Program-made: the position numbers and the translations under genes
Shown: positions 17,445 to 29,162 of the stretch, piece after piece
Numbering within the stretch: the stretch's first letter is position 1
Layout: each line of letters begins with the position of its first letter
The notes under the pieces: model-generated
What the model was told of the DNA's origin: nothing
Database searches by the model: none
The model's input: only the letters and a program-made list of their open reading frames with translations
Assembly: GCA_030647205.1 (NCBI GenBank)
Contig: JAUSJO010000002.1
Span: 305,771 to 369,770, forward strand
Length of the DNA: 64,000 nt
Source: a bacterium
Lineage (GTDB): Bacteria; Patescibacteriota; CPR2; UBA1875; JAJYID01
Direction: 5' to 3'

Positions 17445-19783
17445 TGAGGATTCCACTAAATTGGCTAAAAGAATATGTTGATGTGAAGATTTCGGTAAAG
17501 GAATTGTCTGATAAATTGACTATGGCCGGGACAGAAAACGAAATTCTTCAAGCGAAGGCGGGGGATTTTGAGGGTATTGTTGTTGGTGAAATTCTGGAGA
17601 TTACAAAACATCCGAATGCTGATAAGCTTCAAATAACAAATACTTTTGTTGGTAAAGAAACTTTGCAGATAGTTTGCGGAGCGCCGAATATAGAAGTCGG
17701 GCAGAAAGTTCCTGTTGCGCTTATTGGGACACAAATCGGTGAGTTTGAGATTAAGGAGGCAGAACTTCGCGGAGTGAAAAGCCATGGCATGTTGTGCAGT
17801 GAGGCAGAACTTGGGATATCGGATGATCACTCGGGGATTATGGTTTTGGACCCTCGTTCCAATGTCGGAGACAGCTTGTCTAATGCTTTAAGCATGGGTA
17901 GTGATAAAATTTTAGAGGCTGAGCTTACCTCTAATCGCGGTGATTGCCTTTCAATGTTTGGTATTGCACGTGAGGTCTCAGTGATAACCGGGCAAAGCTT
18001 AAAGCCACCGGCTATAAATATTAAAGAAACAGGAGAAAAAACATCGGATGTGGTGGCAGTTGAGATAGGAGATAAAGATTTATGTCGGCGGTATGTAGCT
18101 AGGGTTATCAAAAATGTAAAAATTGGGCCTTCGCCAAAATGGATGCAGGACAGACTGTCTTCCTCAGGGGTACGTCCAATAAACAATGTTGTCGATGTAA
18201 CAAACTATGTAATGCTTGAGATGGGGCAGCCTCTACATGCATTTGATGCTGACAAAATATCTGGCAGAAAAATCATTGTAAGGAAAGCAAATAAGGGAGA
18301 AAAGATAAAAACCCTAGATGGGGTTGTACGTGAACTTAATACAAGCGACTTGGTAATAGCTGATACGAGGGAAGCGGTAGCGGTTGCCGGAGTTATGGGT
18401 GGTGCAAATAGTGAAGTTACAGCCGAGACGAAGACAATAGTCCTTGAGTCGGCAAACTTTAATCCGATATCAGTAAGAAAGACTGCTTTTAGGTTAGCTC
18501 TGAGATCAGAAAGTTCTGCAAGGTTTGAGAAGGGTCTACCGCTTGAGTTGGCTAATCAGGCTGCTGATAGGGCGGCATTTTTGCTTACTGAGGTTGCGGA
18601 TGGAGAGGTTCTTTCCGGAAGGGTAGACATTGGTGAAAAAAATGATGAGGAGATAAAAGTTACTTTAAGATTCGATCGAATAAAATCATTTCTTGGAGAA
18701 GACATCTCCCCTGATAAAGTAGCTAGTATTCTGGAGAGTTTGGGTATTAAAACTCTATCTAAAAATAAAGAGAAAGCTGAATTTTTGGTTCCGTATTGGC
18801 GGCTTGATATCTCAATTGAGGAAGATTTGCTTGAGGAAGTTGCACGCATTTATGGATATGAAAATATACCAAGCACCTTGCCGGAAGGTAAGCTGCCACT
18901 ATTTGAGAAAAATGAGAAAGTCGAGACTTCAAAGAAGATAAGAGAGGTTTTAACAGCGCTCGGGTTTTTCGAAATATATTCGTATTCATTCACGAGCAAG
19001 GAAAAAGCGGCTCTCTACAGAGAAGGCGCCGATCTTGTCAGGATTGCAAATCCTTTAAGCCAGGATCAGGAGTATATGAGGGCTGATCTTCTGGGGAGCA
19101 TGATTGATATTGTTCCCAAGAACCAAGACTATAGGACAGGTAAAATGCAGGGTCTGTATGAAATAGCCAGTGTATATTCAAAAAAGAGTGAAAAGACGAA
19201 ACTAAGCGGACTTATATACGGCGGAGGAAAGGATACTGGCTTTAGGTATATAAAAGGTACAACAGATATACTTTTTAACAAACTTGGCATAAAAAATGTT
19301 ATTTACAAAGAGGACAAATCAACTAATGCTAAGATTTTTGCTGGCCAAAAAGAAATTGGTTATTTTGTGATCTTAGATAATGCAGACATAAAGCGTTTTA
19401 AGGTAAAATCAAAGGGTGCCTGTTTTTTTGAGCTTGACTTGGATATGCTGTCAGAGCTTACTGGGCAAAATAAATTCCAAAGTATTCCCAGATTTCCGGG
19501 ATCGGAAAGAGATTTGACCTTTGTTATCAAAGAAAAGGTGACAGTTGAAGAAATATATGAGATCATTGGTGGAATAAAGTCAGATATTAGGGCAAAGGCC
19601 GAGGTTATCGATATTTATCGCGGTAAAGGTTTGCCTGAGGGTAGGAAAAGTGTTTCGATACGTTTTGTATACCAGTCTAGCCAACGAACACTTACTGATG
19701 AAGAGGTTGATGATGATCAAACAACAATTATTAAAGAAGTTAAGGGCACACTTGGAGGGATTTTGAGAGGTGAAGGAAACTAA
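17444..19783 (+). CDS. pheT: phenylalanine--tRNA ligase beta subunit
   Basis: The N-terminus is [13 protein letters not shown], with a tRNA-binding domain and B3/B4 and B5 domains. It overlaps the pheS stop. Confidence 0.9.
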   Translation: MRIPLNWLKEYVDVKISVKELSDKLTMAGTENEILQAKAGDFEGIVVGEILEITKHPNADKLQITNTFVGKETLQIVCGAPNIEVGQKVPVALIGTQIGEFEIKEAELRGVKSHGMLCSEAELGISDDHSGIMVLDPRSNVGDSLSNALSMGSDKILEAELTSNRGDCLSMFGIAREVSVITGQSLKPPAINIKETGEKTSDVVAVEIGDKDLCRRYVARVIKNVKIGPSPKWMQDRLSSSGVRPINNVVDVTNYVMLEMGQPLHAFDADKISGRKIIVRKANKGEKIKTLDGVVRELNTSDLVIADTREAVAVAGVMGGANSEVTAETKTIVLESANFNPISVRKTAFRLALRSESSARFEKGLPLELANQAADRAAFLLTEVADGEVLSGRVDIGEKNDEEIKVTLRFDRIKSFLGEDISPDKVASILESLGIKTLSKNKEKAEFLVPYWRLDISIEEDLLEEVARIYGYENIPSTLPEGKLPLFEKNEKVETSKKIREVLTALGFFEIYSYSFTSKEKAALYREGADLVRIANPLSQDQEYMRADLLGSMIDIVPKNQDYRTGKMQGLYEIASVYSKKSEKTKLSGLIYGGGKDTGFRYIKGTTDILFNKLGIKNVIYKEDKSTNAKIFAGQKEIGYFVILDNADIKRFKVKSKGACFFELDLDMLSELTGQNKFQSIPRFPGSERDLTFVIKEKVTVEEIYEIIGGIKSDIRAKAEVIDIYRGKGLPEGRKSVSIRFVYQSSQRTLTDEEVDDDQTTIIKEVKGTLGGILRGEGN

Positions 19784-21419
19784 AGCAGCCAGAGTAGACT
19801 CTATTACAAGAAAAAATCCTTTTTCTTTTGTTAAGAGCAAGGCAAGTTCAGTGAGTCTTAAAAAAGAAGAGTCTAAAAAAGATGCTCCAAAAAATGAGCC
19901 GTTAAAACGCGCTGTGAAAAATGAAAAAAAGAAAAAATTTAAATTTCTCGAGTTCAAAAAGACACGGCTCTTTTCTTGGCATGGCTCCCTTACTATTTTG
20001 ATTCTTTTGCCAATATTCCTTTTTGGTGTAGTTTCGTATTTATACCAGACTCATAATGAGGGGAAGATCTATAGTGGGGTAACAACTTTTGGTATAGATG
20101 TCGGTGGGAAAACAAAAGAAGATGCAGCGAAGTTAATAGATAATAAAATTGCAAGTTATCAGCTTACGATTGAGGGAGAAAATCAGAAGTTTGAAGCAGG
20201 ATATGGCGATCTTGGTATAAATTACGACAAGGAAACAATTCTAAACGCGGCCTACGACTATGGTCGTGATGAAAGTCTTTTGAACAATTTTATTAACCGG
20301 GGAAAAAGATTTTTTTCACAGTATGAGATAAGTGTTGGTTCAAAAAAATATTCTTTTAAAAAATATGATGTACATTTGGTTTATAACATTGATGGGGCTA
20401 AACTTGATAAATATTTGGCAGACCTTGAAACTAAAATCAATGTTGATGCAAAAGACTCCCAGATTACAAACAGCGGAAGTTCTGTACAGATAACACCGGC
20501 AGTATTCGGAAGAAAAATGAAGACAGCCGAGCTAAGGCAGCAAATCCTAAATGTTACGACTCAGTTTGACGCTGAGCCTCTAAAAATACAGACCGATGTA
20601 GCTAACCCAACTATTTTAGACGAGAAAACCAAGGTTTTGGCGGATCAGGCGGATAAGATTACTTCAAAAAGCGTTACAGTTACTTTCAATGATAAAAAAT
20701 ATTCGCCGACAAAGAGTGTGCTTGTATCTTGGGTTACGTTTACGAGGGACAACGATAAAGCAGATTGGAGGATGCTGATAGATACCAAGAGAATGTATCC
20801 TTATTTTGACTCAATCGGCAAGGAGATCAATGTATATTCAGTACCTAAAAAGATAAGGGTGGAAAATGAAACTAAAGAGGTAGTGACTCAGGATGGTAAA
20901 AACGGCTTGATTATTGATAAGTATGCTTTCGGGAGTCAGCTTGCATCAAAACTTCAGACAGATGCGCAAGTCAACATGGCCATACCAATGAAGGTTGATG
21001 TATTTCAGACCCAGATAGACCGTGTGGTTGTCGCAAACTGGGATAAGTATATTGATGTCAATATTTCAACACAACACATGGAAGCTTACACAAAAGGTGG
21101 TGTCAAAGTCGGCAGCTGGGCTATAACTAGTGGCAAAAATGGCTTGAGTACTCCTATCGGTAGTTTCTTGATACAAAGAAAAGCATACAACGTATGTATG
21201 CCAAATCCACCAAGCACTCAACCACTATGCGGTATTCATTATGTTAGCTACTTTACCGGAGCGGGTCATGCAATACATCAAGCATGGTGGAGAAGTTACT
21301 TTGGCGGACAGGACTATAAATGGAACGGATCCCATGGGTGTATAAATGCTCCTCTTTCTGTAGCTCAGTTCATTTATAACTGGGCGCCCATTGGGACACC
21401 TGTAACTACCCATTACTAG
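19770..21419 (+). CDS. L,D-transpeptidase family protein with Lys-rich cytoplasmic tail, TM anchor and PG-binding-like domains
   Basis: The C-terminal YkuD catalytic motif is present (…HAIHQAWW…GSHGCINAP). GTG start overlaps the pheT end. Confidence 0.7.
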   Translation: MKETKAARVDSITRKNPFSFVKSKASSVSLKKEESKKDAPKNEPLKRAVKNEKKKKFKFLEFKKTRLFSWHGSLTILILLPIFLFGVVSYLYQTHNEGKIYSGVTTFGIDVGGKTKEDAAKLIDNKIASYQLTIEGENQKFEAGYGDLGINYDKETILNAAYDYGRDESLLNNFINRGKRFFSQYEISVGSKKYSFKKYDVHLVYNIDGAKLDKYLADLETKINVDAKDSQITNSGSSVQITPAVFGRKMKTAELRQQILNVTTQFDAEPLKIQTDVANPTILDEKTKVLADQADKITSKSVTVTFNDKKYSPTKSVLVSWVTFTRDNDKADWRMLIDTKRMYPYFDSIGKEINVYSVPKKIRVENETKEVVTQDGKNGLIIDKYAFGSQLASKLQTDAQVNMAIPMKVDVFQTQIDRVVVANWDKYIDVNISTQHMEAYTKGGVKVGSWAITSGKNGLSTPIGSFLIQRKAYNVCMPNPPSTQPLCGIHYVSYFTGAGHAIHQAWWRSYFGGQDYKWNGSHGCINAPLSVAQFIYNWAPIGTPVTTHY

Positions 21420-21853
21420 AAAAGTTTCATATGTTGACGAGCTGATGATTCCTTGGAGAAACTGAGTAATTTTTTTATTCATTACTATCTCCAGAAAACT
21501 CTTGCCGTTGAGGCAGAATTTCCCTATTATAGTAGTAATGTTTTAGCTTTAAACCTAAAGAATAATTTTTCGGGGGGCGATTGAAGTATAAAGAACGTAA
21601 GGTAAAGAGCACGAAAAGTAAGATTATAGCATACATAGCAAGGTGTTCGGCTTTTGTATGTAAAAATACTGAGCAGTCTTGTAGTTTAGCTAAGCACTCA
21701 TGGCTATGCCGTGAAAAGAAGGTAGTAGTCTTCCCTATTAGGGAGTTACTTAAGGTATTTTATTTCTTAAAAAATATATTTGTTCTCCTGCGTCTTGTTT
21801 ACTATGAACTGCTTTATTTCGCACACTTAAGGGTTAGATTCTTACATGATCAG

Positions 21854-24800
21854 ATGTATCAAGGTAATAAGACCTATAAAAAAGTAAATGATTTTAAGTA
21901 TACAAGGCCTATTCGCAAGGCAACAATCCTGGGGTTTGTTATATCGTTTTTCATTTTTCAGGTTATGGGAAGTCTCTGGCCGGAGATTTTTAACCCCGCC
22001 CACCCCAAGGTAGCAGAAGGCGGAAGCAACACTGTTACTTGGACGACAGATGCTGACTTTAACGCAGGCACTACTAAAAGCGGTGTTAAGGTTCAGAGTG
22101 ACAGTGTGACGCTAAATGATCCTGATATTATCCCTGAAGTAAAAGCGTCTGGGAATGACCTCTATGCCGTTCGCTTTTTGGATACTAATAATGGATACGC
22201 AGTTGGAATGAGCGGCCTTCTTTTAAAAACTATAGATGGCGGTGTCAACTGGTCAACAAAAAACCCGGGAACTAGTAATAATTTAAATGAAATTTATATA
22301 GTAGATGCTAACATATCTTATGTGGTGGGAGATGGCGGTGTCATTAGGAAAACGACAGACAGCGGAACGACATGGGCCACTCAAACTTCCGGAACAACAA
22401 ATAACTTAAATGGCGTTTACTTTACAGACGCAAACACCGGTTATGTGGTTGGAGATTCTGGAACAATCAAAAAAACCACAGATGGGGGTACAAACTGGGT
22501 TGCCCAGACTTCAGGGACAACCTATGCCTTTGAGGATATCTTTTTTGTCGGTGGTAGTACAGGATATGCTGCCGGATCAAACGGGTCTATATATAAAACT
22601 TTAGACGGAGGCACAAACTGGGTTATCCAGGCTACAGCAGCCGGTACTTCTTATAATTCAATATACTTCACAGACGCAAATACGGGTTATGCACCAGGTA
22701 ATATTGTTCTTAAAAAAACCACAGACGGAGGCACAAACTGGACCACCAACTACTCACTTAGCGGGAACACATGGTATGGGGTACACTTTGCTGACGCAAA
22801 TACTGGTTACGTGAGTGGTTCTAGTGGCAAGGTAAGAAAAACTATAAATTCGGGTACAAGCTGGACAGATCAGACTACGGGGTTTGGAGCGGGTAATGTT
22901 TATGACATTTACTTTACAGATGCTAATAACGGTTATGCAGTCGGGGCTAGCGGCAAGATTATAAAAACCACGAATGGCGGTGCAAACTGGACTTTGAAAA
23001 CTTTGAGTGTGACAGGTAACAACCTAAATAGTACTTACTTCACAGACTCAAATACCGGCTATGCAGTAGGGAACTCGGGCACTATCTTAAAAACTACAAA
23101 TGGTAGCGCGAGTTGGTCGGCCCTAACGTCTGGGACGTCAAGCGTCTTAAATGGTGTTTACTTTACGGATAACAATACTGGATACGCGGTTGGTGCAAGT
23201 GGTCTTATAAGGAAAACCACAGATGGGGGAGCGAACTGGGTTGCCCAGACTTCAGGGACAACCTATGCCTTATATGGCATACATTTTACAGATGCAAGTA
23301 CCGGGTATACAACGGGGGATAATGGGACGATATTAAAAACCACAGATGGGGGAGCGAACTGGGTTGCCCAGACTTCAGGGACGACGGGCTATTTTAGGGA
23401 CGTTTACTTCACAGATGCTAACACCGGCTTTCTTGCAGGAAGATACGGTATATACAAGACCACAAATGGGGGCACAAACTGGTCTTCAGTCTCTGGCTCT
23501 GATATCTATTTAAACAGCATGTATTTTACAGATGCAAATACCGGATATGCAGTCGGTAACAGTGGGACAATCATAAAAACCACAAATGGTGGTGCAAACT
23601 GGGCTGCCCAGACCTCAGGGACGACAAATCAGTTAAATAGTACTCATTTTACAAGTGCTAGCACTGGTTACATAGTTGGTGTTAACGGTACTATTCTTGA
23701 GACAAATGATGGGGGCACAAACTGGTCGTTGACGTCTGTGGGTACGTCTTTAAGTAGCGTTTATTTTACAGATGCTAACACCGGTTATGCAGTTGGTAGT
23801 ACTGGGTTTATTTTGAAGTTTTATCCTCAATATGCTACTTCGGGGGATATCTCTGGACTTAAGGTAGATGCAGGAGAAGGGGCAAAGGCGAACTGGTCTA
23901 GTATCACCAATAGCTCAACACTACTATCTAATACGTCAGTAAGTTTTCAGACAAGAGGCTCAGACGATAACTCTACTTGGTCCGGGTGGCAATCTCTAAG
24001 CGGTGAGACGATCCAAACTGCGGAGTATAGATATTTAGAAGTCAAAGCAACTTTGTCAACTTCTGACGGGCTACACACCCCATCGCTTAATGATCTTACG
24101 GTTACTTATGACAATCTCGAAGCCCCAGTAAATAGTAATATCACTTTAACAAAAACTGATGGTACGGCACTTAAAACAAGTGCGGGGGATGACCTGGCTG
24201 GCGGTGTAGCCGGAGGCTGGACAAATGCAACCACTGTTAGGTTAACGGCAACCGGCTTAACATGTGGGCAAGGAACTCCTGAAAATCCGACCTGTGGTTC
24301 AAGCTCGACAAACAGAAGACCTGAGGTTGAAATCAAAGAAATGGGAACTGTTTTTGATGGGGCTGTAACATATGAGGCAGTTAGTGGTAATAGCTATGTG
24401 GATGTGGCCTTGCCGGGGATTCCAGTCACAGGACAAGAATATCATATACGTGCAAGGAGTATTGACGATGAGGGCAAAGCGTCTGGATGGACTCAATATG
24501 CTAGCGATACTGCGGCTATTACGTATGATAATACTCCCGCAGGAGTATTTAATATCTCTACGCCCGCAGATAATAACTGGGGGACGGCAAGACCTACCTT
24601 TACTTGGGCTAGCACCTCTGATGCTAACTCTGGTATCAATAAATACCAGCTATACATAGATGGCGCACTAGATACCGACAATATTTCGGCGGTAGCCACT
24701 TCAGTTCAGGCAACAAACTCACTTATTGATGGAAGTCATACTTGGTATGTAAAGGCTGTCGATAATGCCGGTAATGCAAGGCAATCAACCAGTACATTTA

Positions 24801-27800
24801 CAGTCAATATAGACACTAGTGCACCGACATCATTCAACTTATCGACCCCGGCGAACAATTCATGGACAAACAACACTGGACCCACCCTGACATGGACAGC
24901 TTCTTCTGACCCGCATTCGGTCTTAGCAAAATACCAACTATATATCAACGGTAGCTTAAATAGAGACAACATTTCTTCAGTTGCTACCTCAACTACACCA
25001 ACAGGGTCTCAAACAGGAACATACTCATGGTATATAAAAGCAATAAATAATGCCGGCGGTGAGACAAATTCGGCGACCTATACTATCAACTATGACAACG
25101 CAGCCACATTCCCGTCACCTTTTGTAGCCAGCAGCAATGATGCGGAAAAGGTAGTCGTCTCATGGTCAGATCAAAATACAGGCGCTCCGACTGATACGTT
25201 CACAGTTCACAGGGTTAAGAAGTCAGAGTATGATAGTAACTCTTGGACAAAGGACAGTGATTGGAGTACAGGAACGGATTATGGCGTCTTTACAATTGCA
25301 GGAGGGGTTGGCGTCCTAAATGACAGTTCTCTTGGAGCGGTTCAAGGTCAGCCAATCATCTCTCAGTCGGTAAATTATGTCTACAAAATAAAATCAACGG
25401 ATACAGCTGGTAACGCATCCGGTTGGTCCAGCGTTGTTATCGGAAGAACAACCGATACAGCCGATCCTCAGGATCCATCTACCGTGACAGCAGTTGCTTG
25501 TGACGGAACGGCTCCGAACTGTTCAAACATTCTCAATAAGGGCTATGAAATCAAGCTGGCTTGGGCGGCCTCCAATGATTTTGGTTCAGGAGTGACCGGT
25601 TATAAAGTTTATAGAAATACGGCAAACTCTACAGATCCAAGTACATTTGCACTGGTCGGATATCTCGATGTACCAACACCGGGGGCTCCTGTTAGTACTG
25701 TCTACTATGATAATGACGCAAACAATGATAAACACGATTTCACTGACACTATAAATGAACAACAGGTAAGTATAAAAGCTGCCGCAACAGGGAGATTAAA
25801 TGATTACGTTAACTACTATTATAGGATAGTGGCGGTGGACGCTGTAGGAAACGAGACCAACATTATTACAACTGAAGGGCTAGGGTTACCAAACTACACT
25901 AACTATGCCACCGCAAGGACCCCTGACGTAACTTCTCCTTCGACCCCTCAGAATGTAGTTGTTACGCCTATGGGCCTTGACTCATCTGGTGGCGCTCAGC
26001 GAGTTGATGTTACCTGGAGTACTTCAACTGATATTACCAGTAGAAACGCAGGAGCAAGCGGTTCCGGGATTGCCGGATATAAAGTGATGCAATGTCAGGG
26101 TGACGGCACATTCTGTACTGATGATGGTAACTATAGTCAAATTGGTACAACATCCTCGACTAACTACACGAAAGAAGGCCTTGGAGAGTTCACTTGGTAT
26201 TACTATAAAATTATTGCTGTAGACAAGGCATCGTCAGCAACTATAACAGATACTTCTAATAACAGTTCAGCAAGAAGCTCATCGGCCTCAGTAAAAACAG
26301 CTTCAAATACAGTGCCAACGGTACCACTTTCCGTGAATGTAACGACAAAAACCGGTGATCCAAATACAGATAGCGATGTTGGTCATCAAAATACTGTTAC
26401 ATTTAACGGGTCATATGCCAAAAACTGTGCCGGTGGTGAACGCTGTGTTACGGGATACGAGATTTATCGCTCTACTGATAACTTTGCTTCAAGTTCGTTA
26501 AAAATTGCAGACGTTTCTATAGGTGCAGTTGGGGATGAAAGGAGTGTCACTTATACCTATATAGATAATAACTCGACGAACGATGCAACGGCGCCATCGA
26601 TTTCCAGAAGTTCAGGCGGAACTCCAGCTTTGAGTAAAGCACAAACCGCTCATTTGGTTGATGCAGCGACATATTATTATAAAGTGAAATCAAAAGACAA
26701 CACTCCAACAGTTCCCGACGGAGGACCATTTACTTCAGGCATGTCTTCGGTGGCTGTCGGTACTCTTCATGCTGGTTGGGATACAACCCCAGATGCAACA
26801 GATCCAGATGTCCCCCAAAGTGTAGCTGTAAAAAATATTCATCCAAATGACTCAATGGTTAGAAATATTATCACATGGACAATGATTCCGGATTCTACCA
26901 GAAACGGAACAAGTGACTTCTCAAAGTACCAGATCTATCGTTATGAGGTTCTGTTGGGCAGTGGTACGGCGACACTTATTGCAGAGAAAACTGATCGGGG
27001 AGATAACTATCATGTTGACGGGATTACAAACGGCCAAAAGGATAAAGATTATGCATATTATGTTGTAGCGGTAGACAATGCAGGGACAGACTTCAAATAT
27101 GCAAACGGGCAAATCATAAATCCTACATCCAACACGAGCAGCCATATAGCAACAGTTTCGATAAATCCTGGGGCAGTGAATCCTAGCGTATCAGGCACTA
27201 CAGTTGCGAGCACGGGCGTATCATCTGCTACTATAAACTGGTCTACGAACCAAGAGACAGATTCATTGGTAGAGTATAAGGTAAAAGATTCAAATGATGT
27301 GATTGCGGCAGGGAAAGACAGAACCCAACCGACAACAAGCCATTCTGTCTCCCTAGGAAACTTGAGCAAAGGTGTTGCTTACCAATATAGGATTGTCAGC
27401 CGTAACTCACTTGGTAATATTGATGAGTCTGCCGCAAATACATGGAAAGAGTTCTCAACCCAGGATTTTTATATATCAGATAATACTGTTTTGACCACTA
27501 CATCTACGGCGACTATAAGTTGGAACACAAACATCGACTCTGACTCATATGTGGAGTATAAACCGGAAGGATCATCAGAAAAGTATGAGGTTGCCGGTGA
27601 TGCTGTTCCGACGAAAAACCACGAGGTAACACTTAAGGGTTTGGTGCCGAACAGTCATTATACATATAATCTTCGTTCCGTCACTTCTGATAAATATATT
27701 GTTACAAAAAATCTCGATACCTTTAAAACCCGCGACAACGATCTCGATAAATTCAGAATTACACCGGGGGAAACCAATGTTTCGGAACAAAATATTACGG

Positions 27801-28726
27801 CGACTACAACTCAGATTACATGGACCACAACGGTTGCGACTACTTCATGGGTTGAGTATGGAACTGAGGTTGGAGTTTACTCGATGAGCGCCGGTGATAA
27901 TGATTTAAATACCCTGCATGCTGTTAAACTCACAAACTTGAGGCCAGGGACAAAGTACTTCTATAGAGTAAGGGGCAAAGATGAAAATGGTGTTGAACTC
28001 TTCTCGCCGGAATCATCATTTACTGCTATACTTATGCCCGAGATTTCAAACCTCAAAGTTAGAGACTTTAGCCCGTATACAGCAACGATTACATTTGATA
28101 CAAACGTTGAAACAGTTGTATCACTAAACTACGGCAAAGACACTAGCTATGGGTCAAGCGTGACTGTCGCAAAAGCGGAGAAAAATCACGTCATTACTCT
28201 TAAAGAACTTGACGATAACGCAACATATCATTTCCAGGCGTCTGCTACGGATCAGTTCAAAAACAATATTAAGTCTTCCGATATGATATTCTCAACCCCG
28301 CTTGATACCCAAGGACCGGAGGTGTCGGAGCTCAAAGTTGATGTTTTGCCTGTTTCTGACGCATCAGAGACAGCATCGGTTATCATTTCCTGGACAACAG
28401 ATAAGCCTGCAACAACGCAGGTGGAGTACGATGACAAGGGTGGCGGGGAAAAATATGAAAACCACACTATAGAAAACGCTACCTTAAATACGTCTCATAC
28501 GGTTTTGATCAAAGACCTAAATACATCGGCTAACTATAGATTTAGGATTATATCTAAGGATAAGAGAAATAATCTGACCAAAACGAAAGCTTCAAACTTT
28601 ATCACCCCGACAAAAGAAAAGTCACTGCTTCAGATAATTATAAAATCATTCGAAGATACATTTTCTTGGACAAAGAATGTTCCGCAGTTTTTTGGTAAAA
28701 TAGGAAATCGGCTAATGGGTCAATAG
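21854..28726 (+). CDS. giant cell-surface protein (2,291 aa): signal anchor, ~20 Ycf48/BNR-like Asp-box beta-propeller repeats, then Fn3-like and purple-acid-phosphatase-N-like domain arrays
   Basis: Repeats of type YAVGxSGxIxKTTDGGxNW(x)QTSGTT run from ~22150 to 23750. The remainder is Ser/Thr-rich. About six modules of type TxATISWxTNxxSDSxVEYxxxxS…YxYRxxS run from 26700 to 28500. The start is taken at ATG 21854 (MYQGNK…, followed by an anchor helix). The in-frame ORF extends upstream to 21581. Confidence 0.8.
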   Translation: MYQGNKTYKKVNDFKYTRPIRKATILGFVISFFIFQVMGSLWPEIFNPAHPKVAEGGSNTVTWTTDADFNAGTTKSGVKVQSDSVTLNDPDIIPEVKASGNDLYAVRFLDTNNGYAVGMSGLLLKTIDGGVNWSTKNPGTSNNLNEIYIVDANISYVVGDGGVIRKTTDSGTTWATQTSGTTNNLNGVYFTDANTGYVVGDSGTIKKTTDGGTNWVAQTSGTTYAFEDIFFVGGSTGYAAGSNGSIYKTLDGGTNWVIQATAAGTSYNSIYFTDANTGYAPGNIVLKKTTDGGTNWTTNYSLSGNTWYGVHFADANTGYVSGSSGKVRKTINSGTSWTDQTTGFGAGNVYDIYFTDANNGYAVGASGKIIKTTNGGANWTLKTLSVTGNNLNSTYFTDSNTGYAVGNSGTILKTTNGSASWSALTSGTSSVLNGVYFTDNNTGYAVGASGLIRKTTDGGANWVAQTSGTTYALYGIHFTDASTGYTTGDNGTILKTTDGGANWVAQTSGTTGYFRDVYFTDANTGFLAGRYGIYKTTNGGTNWSSVSGSDIYLNSMYFTDANTGYAVGNSGTIIKTTNGGANWAAQTSGTTNQLNSTHFTSASTGYIVGVNGTILETNDGGTNWSLTSVGTSLSSVYFTDANTGYAVGSTGFILKFYPQYATSGDISGLKVDAGEGAKANWSSITNSSTLLSNTSVSFQTRGSDDNSTWSGWQSLSGETIQTAEYRYLEVKATLSTSDGLHTPSLNDLTVTYDNLEAPVNSNITLTKTDGTALKTSAGDDLAGGVAGGWTNATTVRLTATGLTCGQGTPENPTCGSSSTNRRPEVEIKEMGTVFDGAVTYEAVSGNSYVDVALPGIPVTGQEYHIRARSIDDEGKASGWTQYASDTAAITYDNTPAGVFNISTPADNNWGTARPTFTWASTSDANSGINKYQLYIDGALDTDNISAVATSVQATNSLIDGSHTWYVKAVDNAGNARQSTSTFTVNIDTSAPTSFNLSTPANNSWTNNTGPTLTWTASSDPHSVLAKYQLYINGSLNRDNISSVATSTTPTGSQTGTYSWYIKAINNAGGETNSATYTINYDNAATFPSPFVASSNDAEKVVVSWSDQNTGAPTDTFTVHRVKKSEYDSNSWTKDSDWSTGTDYGVFTIAGGVGVLNDSSLGAVQGQPIISQSVNYVYKIKSTDTAGNASGWSSVVIGRTTDTADPQDPSTVTAVACDGTAPNCSNILNKGYEIKLAWAASNDFGSGVTGYKVYRNTANSTDPSTFALVGYLDVPTPGAPVSTVYYDNDANNDKHDFTDTINEQQVSIKAAATGRLNDYVNYYYRIVAVDAVGNETNIITTEGLGLPNYTNYATARTPDVTSPSTPQNVVVTPMGLDSSGGAQRVDVTWSTSTDITSRNAGASGSGIAGYKVMQCQGDGTFCTDDGNYSQIGTTSSTNYTKEGLGEFTWYYYKIIAVDKASSATITDTSNNSSARSSSASVKTASNTVPTVPLSVNVTTKTGDPNTDSDVGHQNTVTFNGSYAKNCAGGERCVTGYEIYRSTDNFASSSLKIADVSIGAVGDERSVTYTYIDNNSTNDATAPSISRSSGGTPALSKAQTAHLVDAATYYYKVKSKDNTPTVPDGGPFTSGMSSVAVGTLHAGWDTTPDATDPDVPQSVAVKNIHPNDSMVRNIITWTMIPDSTRNGTSDFSKYQIYRYEVLLGSGTATLIAEKTDRGDNYHVDGITNGQKDKDYAYYVVAVDNAGTDFKYANGQIINPTSNTSSHIATVSINPGAVNPSVSGTTVASTGVSSATINWSTNQETDSLVEYKVKDSNDVIAAGKDRTQPTTSHSVSLGNLSKGVAYQYRIVSRNSLGNIDESAANTWKEFSTQDFYISDNTVLTTTSTATISWNTNIDSDSYVEYKPEGSSEKYEVAGDAVPTKNHEVTLKGLVPNSHYTYNLRSVTSDKYIVTKNLDTFKTRDNDLDKFRITPGETNVSEQNITATTTQITWTTTVATTSWVEYGTEVGVYSMSAGDNDLNTLHAVKLTNLRPGTKYFYRVRGKDENGVELFSPESSFTAILMPEISNLKVRDFSPYTATITFDTNVETVVSLNYGKDTSYGSSVTVAKAEKNHVITLKELDDNATYHFQASATDQFKNNIKSSDMIFSTPLDTQGPEVSELKVDVLPVSDASETASVIISWTTDKPATTQVEYDDKGGGEKYENHTIENATLNTSHTVLIKDLNTSANYRFRIISKDKRNNLTKTKASNFITPTKEKSLLQIIIKSFEDTFSWTKNVPQFFGKIGNRLMGQ

Positions 28727-28771
28727 ACAGTTGTGGCATTTAGTCAGTAATTAGGTTAAAAGGAGATCAAA

Positions 28772-29161
28772 ATGAGTCAAGCAGATAACATACAAGCGCC
28801 TATACCGGAAAGTAAGGAGCAAGTAACAAACAGCCAGGGAGAGATCAAAGAAGCGGCTTTACCAGAAACAGGGTCTCAAAAAATGGGTGAGCCTGTCCCA
28901 GGGACTACGAAAAGCGATAATACAATACCCGCTACTATTTCTAAAGTTTTGGAACCGGATGCAAAAACTCCCGCGGTTCAGCCAGCTTCCGGTACTGCGC
29001 CGGCTTCCGCACAAAGGCCTTCCAGTGAGCCATATATTAAAGCAGCAGAAGATATCATACAAAAAGATAAGGGCGATCCGCATAAAGAGGAAGACGATCA
29101 CGAAGTTATACAGATGCAGTATCTAAGCAACCGTTTTGGTAAAAATATAAAAAAGAAATAA
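28772..29161 (+). CDS. low-complexity Pro/Ala/Ser/Glu-rich hypothetical protein (likely disordered)
   Basis: AAAGGAG RBS is present. There are no hydrophobic segments. Confidence 0.45.
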   Translation: MSQADNIQAPIPESKEQVTNSQGEIKEAALPETGSQKMGEPVPGTTKSDNTIPATISKVLEPDAKTPAVQPASGTAPASAQRPSSEPYIKAAEDIIQKDKGDPHKEEDDHEVIQMQYLSNRFGKNIKKK

Positions 29162-29162
29162 T

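Noticed and set aside
21581-21853. In-frame 91-codon upstream extension of the giant gene (TTG start at 21581)
   Set aside because: The Cys-rich, non-signal-like sequence precedes a much better start (ATG 21854) that is followed directly by the membrane anchor. I treated it as 5' UTR, though a long structured leader is possible.
22410-28467. Multiple 60-100-aa ORFs on both strands inside the giant surface-protein gene
   Set aside because: All are nested in the 6.9-kb ORF in other frames. They are typical frame shadows of a repetitive, biased-composition gene.
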